NCBI GenBank assembly: GCA_964646355.1
Contig: CAZYEE010000001.1
Coordinates: 1 to 15,180 of the forward strand
Reading direction: 5' to 3'
Origin: an uncultured archaeon
Lineage (GTDB): Archaea > Asgardarchaeota > Lokiarchaeia > Helarchaeales > HEL-GB-B
DNA length: 15,180 bases
Made by a program: the position numbers and the translations under genes. This document shows positions 6,171-14,524 of the stretch, in pieces. Within the stretch, counting starts at the first letter, position 1; every line of letters starts with the position of its first letter. The notes beneath the pieces were generated by a model. It was not told the DNA's origin. It ran no database searches and saw nothing but the letters and a program-made list of their open reading frames with translations.

Positions 6171-7343
6171 TTATTGATTTAATATCTTAGATAAAATACT
6201 AACTGCTGTATCAATTGATTCTTTTTTAATATTGAGTGGTGGGAGCATTCTGATTGTAGAAACACCTGAGGTCAATAAAAGTAATCCTTCTTTAATAGAT
6301 TCTAAAATGAATTTTTTAATTCTGAGCCTTGTCTCTATTGCAATAAAAAGTCCTTTACCTCTGATATTTCGAATGATTTTACTATTACTTAGGCTATTAT
6401 TAAGGGATGTAAGTAAGTATTTACCCATTTCTTTTGATTTTTCTGGCAATTTTTCCTTAATAATTACATCAATTGTGGCAAGAGCTGCAGCACATGATAA
6501 AGGATTGCCTCCAAATGTAGAAAAATGATCTCCTTGTTTTAGTTTACTAAAAATTTCCTCTGTGCTTACTGTAATCCCAATTGGGATACCATTTGCAATT
6601 CCCTTTGCAAGACATAATATATCAGGCTCAATTTTATGATGTTCAAATGCAAATAATTTTCCAGTCCTTCCAAATCCAGTTTGAACCTCATCAATTATAA
6701 GTAAAATATTATGTTTATCGCATAGTTCTCGTAATTCTTCGTGAAATCCTTGAGGAGGTAGAATAACTCCTCCTTCTCCTTGAATAATTTCAGTAATTAT
6801 AGCACAAGTCTTATCGGTTATAAGGGACTTTACACTTTCAATATTTCCAAATTCTGCATGTTTAAAGCCTGGAACAACAGGTTCGAATGGTTTTTTATAA
6901 TTTTCTTTCCATGTGGCCGAGAGTGAGCCATAGGTCCGACCATGAAAACCACCACTCATTGCAATGATTTCGTACCGATGTGGACCTTGATATTTTCTTG
7001 CTAATTTAATTGCTGCTTCCACAGATTCTGTTCCTGAATTCGAGAGAAATGATACAGATAGAGATTTCGGTGTCAATTCAGCGATCTTTTCAACTAATTT
7101 TGCTCTTTTATCATTATAATAAATAGTAGGACATATCACCAATTGTTCTAACTGTTCTTTAATAGCTTTAATAACCTCTGGATGACAATGACCAATTAAA
7201 GCAACACCATTTCCACCAGCACAATCAATATATTTCTTACCTTGAATATCCCAAACAAATTCAGCTTCTGCTTTTACAAGCACTATAGGTCTGCGTGGAA
7301 AAATTTTAGGGCTATAAAGATCTTCAATTTTGATTAATTCCAA
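6171..7343 (-). CDS. argD: Acetylornithine / LysW-lysine aminotransferase (class III PLP aminotransferase, ArgD/LysJ type)
   Basis: Class-III aminotransferase motifs are present: SGTESVEAAIKLAR, GGFHGRTYGSLSAT, LLIIDEVQTGFGRTGK, and the PLP-lysine context DILCLAKGIANG. The start is TTG at 7343, with GGTGA 8 nt upstream on the minus strand. It lies adjacent to argC/lysY on the same strand. Confidence 0.93.
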   Translation of the reverse strand: MELIKIEDLYSPKIFPRRPIVLVKAEAEFVWDIQGKKYIDCAGGNGVALIGHCHPEVIKAIKEQLEQLVICPTIYYNDKRAKLVEKIAELTPKSLSVSFLSNSGTESVEAAIKLARKYQGPHRYEIIAMSGGFHGRTYGSLSATWKENYKKPFEPVVPGFKHAEFGNIESVKSLITDKTCAIITEIIQGEGGVILPPQGFHEELRELCDKHNILLIIDEVQTGFGRTGKLFAFEHHKIEPDILCLAKGIANGIPIGITVSTEEIFSKLKQGDHFSTFGGNPLSCAAALATIDVIIKEKLPEKSKEMGKYLLTSLNNSLSNSKIIRNIRGKGLFIAIETRLRIKKFILESIKEGLLLLTSGVSTIRMLPPLNIKKESIDTAVSILSKILNQ

Positions 7344-7470
7344 ATAAATTCACCAGGATCCAATTTATTAAAAATTTTAAATCTTAAATTACAAACTGAA
7401 ATTAGAAACTCAAAACCTTGAACTTGACAATATTTAGATTTAAATTATTTATTTCTTATAAAATTGATAA

Positions 7471-7504
7471 ATTAATTGAATAGAATCAATAGATTAATTG
7501 AATA
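7471..7504. repeat. Exact 12-mer direct repeat ATTAATTGAATA x2, 22-bp register, 130-160 bp upstream of argD/lysJ
   Basis: Positions 7471-7482 and 7493-7504 are identical. The repeat lies between the argC stop and the argD start. It is a possible regulator site or internal promoter element. Confidence 0.45.
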
Positions 7505-7519
7505 AAATGATAAATTCGT

Positions 7520-8569
7520 TTAGATTGGATGTAGACCCGGATACATTAAGCCAGTTGTTTCATCAAGTCCAAACATCAAATTCATTGATTGTACAGCAGA
7601 ACCTGATGCACCTTTTATTAAGTTATCTAGAGCCGATAGGATAACAATTCTGGGCATATACTGGTCAATTTCGAATCCGACATCGCAAAAATTTGACCCG
7701 TTCACGATCTTTGGATCTGGTAATCTAAAATTGCCAGTTTGTTGCTTTACAATTCTAATGAATGGTTCTTTATTATATTTTGACCGAAACAATTTCCATA
7801 ATTCCTTATCTTCGACCTCTCTATTAATAAAGACTTGTATTGTGGTTAAAATTCCTCTTACCATATTTACACCATGAGCTGAGAATGCCACAGAAATCTC
7901 TTTTTTTGCTATCTTGCTTAACTCTTGATTTATTTCAGCAGAATGTCTATGTCCCGTCACTTTGTACGGTCTTACCACATTTGCTCTTTCAGGATGATGC
8001 GTCGCAAAGCTAAAGGAGGATCTACCTGCACCACTTGACCCGATTTTAGAATCTGCAGTAATATGTTCTGTATCCACAAAATCTGCATTAATAATAGGAG
8101 CAAGACCGAGTATAGTAGATGTAGCCATACAGCCACAAGTAGCAACTAATGAAGCTTTTTTGATTTCATCTCTGTATAATTCAGGTAGCCCATAAACTCT
8201 TTTTTCAAGCAGTTCTGGACAAGCATGCTCCCCATAATATTTTTTATATTCGGATAAATTTTCCAGCCTAAAATCTGCACTTAAATCAATTATCTTTACA
8301 CCAGTTTCAATTATATCAGGCACAATATTCATGGACGCACCATTGGGAACCGCAAGGAAGATAACATCACATTCAGTCGCCCTATTCACTTCAAAGGTCT
8401 CAAACTTAATCTTACAAATATGTCGTAGATTCGGATGAATGGTATGCACATGTTTGCCAGCATATCTGCGGGAAGTGATATATTGAATCTCAACCTGCGG
8501 ATGCCCAATTAATAACCTAACTAATTCACCACCAGTATATCCTGATGCACCAATAATTCCTATTTTCAT
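7520..8569 (-). CDS. argC: N-acetyl-gamma-glutamyl-phosphate reductase / LysW-aminoadipate-phosphate reductase (ArgC/LysY type)
   Basis: The N-terminal Rossmann motif MKIGIIGASGYTGGEL is present. YAGK...HPNLR is typical of the LysY/ArgC family. The catalytic Cys region is ATCGCMATS, and the C-terminus has DNLIKGASGSAVQ. AAGGTG lies 7 nt upstream of the ATG. Confidence 0.95.
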   Translation of the reverse strand: MKIGIIGASGYTGGELVRLLIGHPQVEIQYITSRRYAGKHVHTIHPNLRHICKIKFETFEVNRATECDVIFLAVPNGASMNIVPDIIETGVKIIDLSADFRLENLSEYKKYYGEHACPELLEKRVYGLPELYRDEIKKASLVATCGCMATSTILGLAPIINADFVDTEHITADSKIGSSGAGRSSFSFATHHPERANVVRPYKVTGHRHSAEINQELSKIAKKEISVAFSAHGVNMVRGILTTIQVFINREVEDKELWKLFRSKYNKEPFIRIVKQQTGNFRLPDPKIVNGSNFCDVGFEIDQYMPRIVILSALDNLIKGASGSAVQSMNLMFGLDETTGLMYPGLHPI

Positions 8570-8898
8570 TTTAACACCTTATTTAAGGGCTATATCAATT
8601 ATTTATAATTTACAATTAATCTTATCAATTTAATTTAATTTGATTATATGATGATTTTCTCACTAATAATTCTTTTTTTCTTAAATGAACACTATGACTA
8701 AAAGAAGTTATATATAAAACACTGCTTATTTGAATTATAATAAATGTTTATGCCAAAGAGTTTCTACAAATTCTTTTGTTAATATTAAAACAAAAAATTA
8801 CATGATATGAAACTGTTTAATCCTCCAGATAAATATAAGAAGTAGATAATTTTTTATAATCTTGCATAAAGAGACTTTTAAGTTTAAATGAGATTTAC

Positions 8899-9384
8899 TT
8901 GGTGATTTTTTTGGACTTAAAAAGAAGTTTTTTAAAAAGCATCATTTATAGGATGATATCCATATTAACTGGTTTTTTAATAGGGTATCTATTTACAGGT
9001 CAAGCTATTTCAGCGGCTCTAATTTCAATTTCATCAGAGGTCATTCAATTTTTCAATTATTTTGGCTATGAATTGGTCTGGAGCTATTTTGATGAAAAAA
9101 GAATTAGAAGAATGATAGATGAAGAATACCGAGCTAAAGAAATTAAATTAAAGTTAAGTCTTGAAAGTATCAACACGATAGCACGAGAATTTTCTCAGCT
9201 GGATACTTTTACACCTCGAATATATAAGTCTGTCTTAAATTTCTATAACATGATTTTGGAAAATAAAGAACTTAAAGAATTACATGAAGATTTTTTAAAA
9301 TATAAGAAGATTTTTGAAATTAAACATAAAGGACGAGGATTTGAGGACCAAAAAAAGATTGAAATTCAAAAAAATTCAAGCTAA
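8899..9384 (+). CDS. DUF2061-like membrane protein with a ~90-aa charged C-terminal extension
   Basis: LKRSFLKSIIYRMISILTGFLIGYLFTG...EVIQFFNYFGYELVW fits the DUF2061 pattern (KRS..K.I.WR....-TM-..TG..-TM-..Y..HE..W). The track start is TTG 8899. However, GGTGA at 8901-8905 followed 5 nt later by the in-frame TTG at 8911 makes 8911 the more likely true start. Confidence 0.7.
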   Translation: MVIFLDLKRSFLKSIIYRMISILTGFLIGYLFTGQAISAALISISSEVIQFFNYFGYELVWSYFDEKRIRRMIDEEYRAKEIKLKLSLESINTIAREFSQLDTFTPRIYKSVLNFYNMILENKELKELHEDFLKYKKIFEIKHKGRGFEDQKKIEIQKNSS

Positions 9385-9422
9385 TTATCGGATACTTGAT
9401 AATTAAAAAATAGTAATTTTTT
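9383..9422. terminator. Hairpin (AATTATC-8 nt-GATAATT) followed by A6...T6, between two convergent genes; candidate bidirectional terminator
   Basis: The arms at 9383-9389 and 9398-9404 are exact reverse complements. AAAAAA lies at 9405-9410 and TTTTTT at 9417-9422, so a T-run is presented on both strands. The whole 43-bp gap separates the stops of the DUF2061 gene (+) and the coiled-coil gene (-). Confidence 0.4.
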
Positions 9423-9427
9423 ATTTT

Positions 9428-10456
9428 TCATTTAGAACCTTTTTTGTTTGTTTTTTCCGTCGGAATTTCTAATGAAATCTTAAGTTTCTCGGATAATTTT
9501 TGAGTAATATTTATACATCTGTCCATTTCCTCTTGAATTTTTATTATTTTCTTGAATTCTTTAGTTACATCTTCAAAATTTTTATTTAAAGTATCTATTT
9601 GGTCTGATTGTGATTTATATTCAGTATTTAACAGATTTAGGCTGTTTTTCAAATTTTTGATAACTTCTTCATATGTTTCAATCAACTTAGTTTTATTAGG
9701 CTTTTTATTAGTGATAATTTCAATAGAATTTTTCAATTCGGTTATCATATTTTCAATATTGGTTAACGATTCTTGTATCTCATTTATTCTTAATTTGTAT
9801 TTATCAATAATATTGTCAAATTCATTATGTTTCATTTCTAATGCATGTAAATCGTCTTCATATTCTTTAATTTCTTCATCTAGTTCAGCTTTTCTCAATT
9901 TTCTTCTTTCAATCTGTTCTTCCAGATTTTTTAATTCTTCTTCCTTTACTTTAATTAAATTATTTGAGTTTTGGAGCTCTAATCTATTATTTTCAATCGA
10001 GAGTTTTAAAGCATCATTCTCAGCTTTTATACTTGCGATTCTGTTTTCCAAAGCTTCAATATCTTCAAGATAATTGGTTTTTTTTCGTTCTAATTTTTCT
10101 AATTCTTTCTTTAATTTCGAAATTTCATTACGTAACCCATCTACTTGTGAGATTTTTTCTTTAAATTTATCATTTAACTCGATTAATTTAATTTCCCTGC
10201 TTTTTATTTCATTAGTTATTGAATTTACCCTGTTTGAAAGTTCAATTTCTTGTACTTTTAGATTATTTATATTCGCTTTTAATTCATTTAACTCCTCCTC
10301 TTTTGAAGATATTTTTTTCAAAATTGATTCATATTCAGATTTTTTGGATTCAAGTTCATTTGAAATATCTTCAATTTTTTTGGAATTAAGGGATCCTTTT
10401 GTTGAAAATTCCTCAATTGAGTTATTATTCTTATTATAATTCACTTCGATAACCAA
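9428..10456 (-). CDS. Coiled-coil protein (hypothetical, SMC/Rad50-arm-like composition, no globular domain recognised)
   Basis: This is a 342-aa ORF that is almost entirely E/K/L/N/I heptad-like sequence (e.g. LRNEISKLKKELEKLERKKTNYLEDIEALENRIASIKAENDALKLSIE). It is the only long ORF in this interval; the three + strand ORFs overlapping it are low-complexity shadows. The start is uncertain: TTG 10456 or GTG 10444, with no ATG near the 5' end. Confidence 0.75.
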   Translation of the reverse strand: MVIEVNYNKNNNSIEEFSTKGSLNSKKIEDISNELESKKSEYESILKKISSKEEELNELKANINNLKVQEIELSNRVNSITNEIKSREIKLIELNDKFKEKISQVDGLRNEISKLKKELEKLERKKTNYLEDIEALENRIASIKAENDALKLSIENNRLELQNSNNLIKVKEEELKNLEEQIERRKLRKAELDEEIKEYEDDLHALEMKHNEFDNIIDKYKLRINEIQESLTNIENMITELKNSIEIITNKKPNKTKLIETYEEVIKNLKNSLNLLNTEYKSQSDQIDTLNKNFEDVTKEFKKIIKIQEEMDRCINITQKLSEKLKISLEIPTEKTNKKGSK

Positions 10457-10499
10457 CTATTAATTTAAATAAAATCATATGGTTGTATTTGGATTCATA

Positions 10500-10517
10500 T
10501 TTTGTAATATTACAAAA
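10500..10517. promoter_or_regulatory. Perfect 18-bp palindrome TTTTGTAATATTACAAAA, 45-60 bp upstream of the coiled-coil gene
   Basis: I checked the self-complementarity base by base. The half-site TACAAAAT recurs at 10546-10553 and, as TACAAAATT, at about 10661-10669. This is a candidate dimeric-regulator operator. Confidence 0.4.
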
Positions 10518-10927
10518 TGAAGTTCTTACATTCTCCGTTGTTGGTACAAAATGGTTTTTTAAAATAAAAAGCTTCCGATTTATTTATTATCTGTTTCTAA
10601 TAGGTTATTTATTAATAATTTGATTCCAAAAACTTAAATTAGATAATTTTATTACCTCGTACAAAATTGAGTGTATTTTTATATCTTTAATGATTTTCAC
10701 AAATGATTTTTGTGAATTTTTATCTAGTAAATGGTTTTAAAAAAGTATCTGCCAAATTGTAAGCAATCTTATATCAAATTCTGGGTAATTTTATATTAAA
10801 TATCGCATATACTGCTGATTTTTAAATAAAAATCATTCTATTTGACTCTTATTAAAAGAAATTTTGTTAATTAAATAGGATTTTGTTGGATAGGATTAAA
10901 AACAATAATAAATAATATATTTAGGTG

Positions 10928-10953
10928 TTCCAAGAAATTATTGAATCTTGGAA
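10928..10953. promoter_or_regulatory. Inverted repeat TTCCAAGA-10 nt-TCTTGGAA, 48-73 bp upstream of the ACT-domain gene
   Basis: The 8-bp arms at 10928-10935 and 10946-10953 are exact reverse complements. The relatively G/C-containing arms stand out in very AT-rich DNA. Confidence 0.35.
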
Positions 10954-11000
10954 TTTCTTTTGTGAAAATTTCTGATAAATGAAAATGGCGAATATTAAGT

Positions 11001-11723
11001 ATGAAAAAGAAAAAAGAAGAGATTTCAATTGCTGAAGCATCTAGAATCGTGATCCAGTCTAAACCAGTTGTATTGAACGCTATGATTAATGGTATCGTTA
11101 ATTTCTCTGCGTTAGCAGAACTTATCAAGCATGAAGTATTAAGCCTCGCCAAACGCGAGAAAGTTCAAATAGATGCAATCAAAATGGCTTTAATGAGATA
11201 TGCTGAAGACATTAAAAATAAAAAATTTGAATTCGAGCAAAAGATCGCAACTGTGCTAACCCAAAGTAAACTCCAGCTAAAAAACGACTTGGTCTACATT
11301 ACGGTCTCAAAAAAGGCAGTGATAGACTCCGATATTTTAAAAATGATAAGCGATATAGATGTTTATTTTCAACTTATAGAAGGGACAAACAGTTTTACAA
11401 TCCTTGCAGATATTCAACTAAAAGATAAAATTATAAAGATCTTAAAAGAGGGAAACATTCTATTAATGAATGAAAACCAGTCCGCACTTATTTTAATAAG
11501 CCCACCTGAAATTATAGAAACTCCTGGTATAATCGCATATGTCACCGATCAATTCGCCATGACAGGAATTAACATAACACAATTAATGTCTTGCTATACA
11601 GATACTATATTCGTAGTCCATAGAAATGATGCACTAAAAGCTTTTAAATTATTAGAAGAAAAAATATTGATTCTCCGTAATTTAAATAAAATTAAGAATA
11701 AAATTGAAGTTAATAATGATTAA
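11001..11723 (+). CDS. ACT-domain-containing protein (putative small-molecule-binding regulator)
   Basis: The C-terminal ALILISPPEIIETPGIIAYVTDQFAMTGINITQLMSCYTDTIFVVHRNDALKAFKLLEE matches the ACT-fold pattern (PG+..+...la..gINi..+.s....i.fvV...d...A...L). I did not recognise the N-terminal 150 aa. There is no SD upstream, so a short leader is possible. Confidence 0.65.
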   Translation: MKKKKEEISIAEASRIVIQSKPVVLNAMINGIVNFSALAELIKHEVLSLAKREKVQIDAIKMALMRYAEDIKNKKFEFEQKIATVLTQSKLQLKNDLVYITVSKKAVIDSDILKMISDIDVYFQLIEGTNSFTILADIQLKDKIIKILKEGNILLMNENQSALILISPPEIIETPGIIAYVTDQFAMTGINITQLMSCYTDTIFVVHRNDALKAFKLLEEKILILRNLNKIKNKIEVNND

Positions 11724-12147
11724 TATAATTATAATTCTATTTTAGGATAAATTTTGTAAATATTTAAACAAATTTTTGAACTATTTGAGATTATTATTAG
11801 GTATAAAACAATCAGATGAATATATAAAACGATTATATAATATTTTATAAAATTACACCAAATGATTCCAATAAATTGTATTAATAGTCATATATTAGAA
11901 AGATTAGGATATAAAAATACAAATTTTTAGAGACTTGGGAGAATTCTTTATATAATAATTAAAGATGAAATATAAAAGATATGAAAAAATATGATAAAAG
12001 TATTCAAAGAAACTGCATAATTACCTTTAATTAAACCAAAATATTTAAATAATAAATGTTGAATAATTAACATACTCATATTTTTAAATCTAACATTCTA
12101 TATTTGTTATTACCCTTTTTATAATAAATTTAAGGGGGTAATACAAT

Positions 12148-13041
12148 TTGGATATGGAAGAACTTTTCAAATTGGAGATTATATTTTATAAGCGGTGGCC
12201 CAATATAGGTTCGACACGCTACAGTATTGGATATCCTTTAGAGGTTTCTGACCTCAAATACAATGAGCCAACAGAGTTAATCCATAGATATTGGGATAAG
12301 TGTTATAAAGAATTTCATGATAAATTTTCACTCGCTATCGGTCTGTCTGAAAAAATGGACTTCGATGGGAAAAAATTGAAGTATCGGGGAGATAAATGTA
12401 TGTATGCTGTGATTTCTCAATACAAATTTTTCAATCCAAACCCTACAAGGAACGACCCGAATGTACTTCATAGTATTAATATTTTGTATTCGTATCACCT
12501 CGTATTAGCTGCTCCCAGTAGAATTCAAAGTTTTAACCCAATGCCTAAAGAAGTTTTAGATAGCATCAATTATGTAAATTGGTTGGAATTTGATATAATA
12601 GAACCTAGAGATTATATTTATAATTCAAAGATATCAACATTAATTCATTATAAGACAGAGTTCTTAAGCCCAGTAGAAATGATCAAGAAAAATTGGAAAC
12701 ATTTTAAGAAAGATACTTTATATCCCAAATTTGGCGAAGATCCAGCTAATTTAAAGGGAAATATTGATTTAACATCATTATTTGTTGAACAAAAAAATCC
12801 GAATGGATGTTTAAGAGCATTAAAGTATAAAAATAGAAGATTAATTAATGGATATTATCTTGTATTGAATAAGGATTATTCTATTAAAGATATAGTTGAA
12901 TTTTATCCCGAAGATAAGATTGATAAATATTTGGAAAAAAAGAATTTAGAAGTAAAGGAAATAGAAAATGAGATTGAAAGTGGAGACGGTATTCAGAAAT
13001 ATTTTAAGATATTAGACAAATTACTCGAATATGATTTATAA
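12148..13041 (+). CDS. Hypothetical protein (297 aa, aromatic-rich, no recognised domain); first gene of a 3-gene cluster
   Basis: This is a long ORF with the strongest SD-like site in the window: AAGGGGGT at 12132-12139, 8 nt before TTG 12148. An alternative ATG lies at 12154. It shares strand with the next two ORFs at short spacing. Confidence 0.7.
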   Translation: MDMEELFKLEIIFYKRWPNIGSTRYSIGYPLEVSDLKYNEPTELIHRYWDKCYKEFHDKFSLAIGLSEKMDFDGKKLKYRGDKCMYAVISQYKFFNPNPTRNDPNVLHSINILYSYHLVLAAPSRIQSFNPMPKEVLDSINYVNWLEFDIIEPRDYIYNSKISTLIHYKTEFLSPVEMIKKNWKHFKKDTLYPKFGEDPANLKGNIDLTSLFVEQKNPNGCLRALKYKNRRLINGYYLVLNKDYSIKDIVEFYPEDKIDKYLEKKNLEVKEIENEIESGDGIQKYFKILDKLLEYDL

Positions 13042-13143
13042 ATATTTTTAATTAAATGACCATAATTAATAAAATCTCTTAATAATACTTTTTGGAATTT
13101 TAAAATTCCAAAAAATATTGATATAATTTGTGAGGACATTTCT

Positions 13144-14460
13144 ATGAGCGTTAAAAGTGAAAAAAATGTTATGAAATTAATAAATAAAATTCCGGATATT
13201 AAAATTAGAGAGGCTATTGATAAATTAATAAAATTTATTAAAATTCTAGAAAAAAAATACGTTTTAGACTTAAAATATCAATATAATCGTTTTGATAAAA
13301 AAAAGTTTATGTATGAACCTAAAGATGTTAGATATATTTCCCATAGAATTCCCGAATATGAGTTAAATGATCTAAATAAATGGGATTTTAGAGCTTATTA
13401 TAAAATTTTCCAAGGCCCAAAAGTAGATGCAGATTGGTTGAAGACTGGGCTCGTACAATTAGATGACCTTTTAAAAATATTTCTTCATAATAAGGATTAC
13501 TTGAATATTTTATTAGAATTTCTTGAGTGCCCAGCGAAATTATTGACAAAAACGTTGAATTTTAATAAAGATAAAATTAGTAGGAGAATATATCCATATG
13601 GAGATTTATTAGATTCCTTAATTCGTTATTATCACGTAGCTTGGGGAGAAAATGTATACATACTTGATTATCCTCAAGGATTACGTTTAATTTATGATAA
13701 TTGGATAAGAGATGAATATTGTCCTAATTACTTATTAAGAAAAAGTTTGGATGAAATTTTGGAAATGAAAAAAGAGTTTTTGGGATTATTGAAAAAGGCA
13801 GAAGAATATGAACTACCAGCTGATATTAGAAAATTTATAATCGCGATAAGAAAAATTGACAATTATCTCGAGAAAAAGGGTTCTAGATATTTTAATGAAT
13901 TTCGAGATATGTTCTGGAAAAAAATAAAGAAAGAAAAAATAAGAAAAAAATTCCCAAAAATTGATAATTTTAACAAATTCCTATATCCTTTCTCATATAG
14001 CAATCCTGAAACAGATTTGGCACTTAAATCATGTTATAATTGCATCCATTATAATGATGGAAAATATTATAAAATAGATAGATATTGTGGAATATCCGAA
14101 ATAATACTTAATTATAGAGATTTTCACGAAGGATTAAACAAATTTAATTTTCCATGCACTTTAATATTTAAAAAAGAGCATTTTGGCAATTATGATGATG
14201 CCTTTAATGTAAAAAGTGCGCGAAAACGTGAAAAAATTGAAGACCCCAATTATCTATGCCCATTTTATATTTTAGATGAAAAACACTTTTTAAAATCATT
14301 AAAAGAATATTACAAATTTATTAAAGAAAAGGAAAAACTTTTAGAAAAGAAAAAGATCAGTGAGGGTATTAAGGACATATTCCTTGAATGTAAGGATTGT
14401 GGTAAAACATCACCATTATTTGCAAAATATTGTTTACATTGTGGTAATCTATTATTATAA
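13144..14460 (+). CDS. Hypothetical protein (438 aa): helical-looking N-terminal ~295 aa + Cys-rich C-terminal module ending in a CxxC-x10-CxxC zinc ribbon
   Basis: This is a long ORF with GTGAGGA ~8 nt upstream of the ATG. The C-terminal region contains CYNC, RYC, FPC and YLC, and ends in CKDCGKTSPLFAKYCLHCGN. Confidence 0.8.
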   Translation: MSVKSEKNVMKLINKIPDIKIREAIDKLIKFIKILEKKYVLDLKYQYNRFDKKKFMYEPKDVRYISHRIPEYELNDLNKWDFRAYYKIFQGPKVDADWLKTGLVQLDDLLKIFLHNKDYLNILLEFLECPAKLLTKTLNFNKDKISRRIYPYGDLLDSLIRYYHVAWGENVYILDYPQGLRLIYDNWIRDEYCPNYLLRKSLDEILEMKKEFLGLLKKAEEYELPADIRKFIIAIRKIDNYLEKKGSRYFNEFRDMFWKKIKKEKIRKKFPKIDNFNKFLYPFSYSNPETDLALKSCYNCIHYNDGKYYKIDRYCGISEIILNYRDFHEGLNKFNFPCTLIFKKEHFGNYDDAFNVKSARKREKIEDPNYLCPFYILDEKHFLKSLKEYYKFIKEKEKLLEKKKISEGIKDIFLECKDCGKTSPLFAKYCLHCGNLLL

Positions 14461-14524
14461 TGTTATATTATCAATTTTAATTAGAAATATTTAGTAAATC
14501 AATATTAAAAACATTGTGATTTAT

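Noticed and set aside
6232-6528. Plus-strand ORF inside argD/lysJ
   Set aside because: It is antisense to a well-supported class-III aminotransferase gene, so it is a shadow ORF.
9552-10439. Three plus-strand ORFs (9552..10073, 9964..10164, 10074..10439) opposite the coiled-coil gene
   Set aside because: The Glu/Lys/Leu codon periodicity of the coiled-coil gene produces stop-free Phe/Ser/Leu-rich antisense frames. The three are fragmented and mutually overlapping, whereas the minus-strand ORF is continuous for 342 codons.
10871-11152. Minus-strand ORF (93 aa) spanning the promoter and 5' end of the ACT-domain gene
   Set aside because: It overlaps the start of a better-supported CDS. It has no SD or motif, and it covers an inverted repeat and a TATA-like box that make more sense as regulatory DNA.
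14218-14225. Exact classical E2F site TTTCGCGC (minus strand; GCGCGAAA on plus) and AAATTTGGCG at 12727-12736, which shares 10 nt with the ftsZ-upstream element
   Set aside because: Both lie inside coding sequence (encoding SARKR and PKFGE respectively), where G/C-containing words are far more frequent. There is no reason to treat them as regulatory. They are mentioned only as a caution that the ftsZ-upstream match could also be chance.
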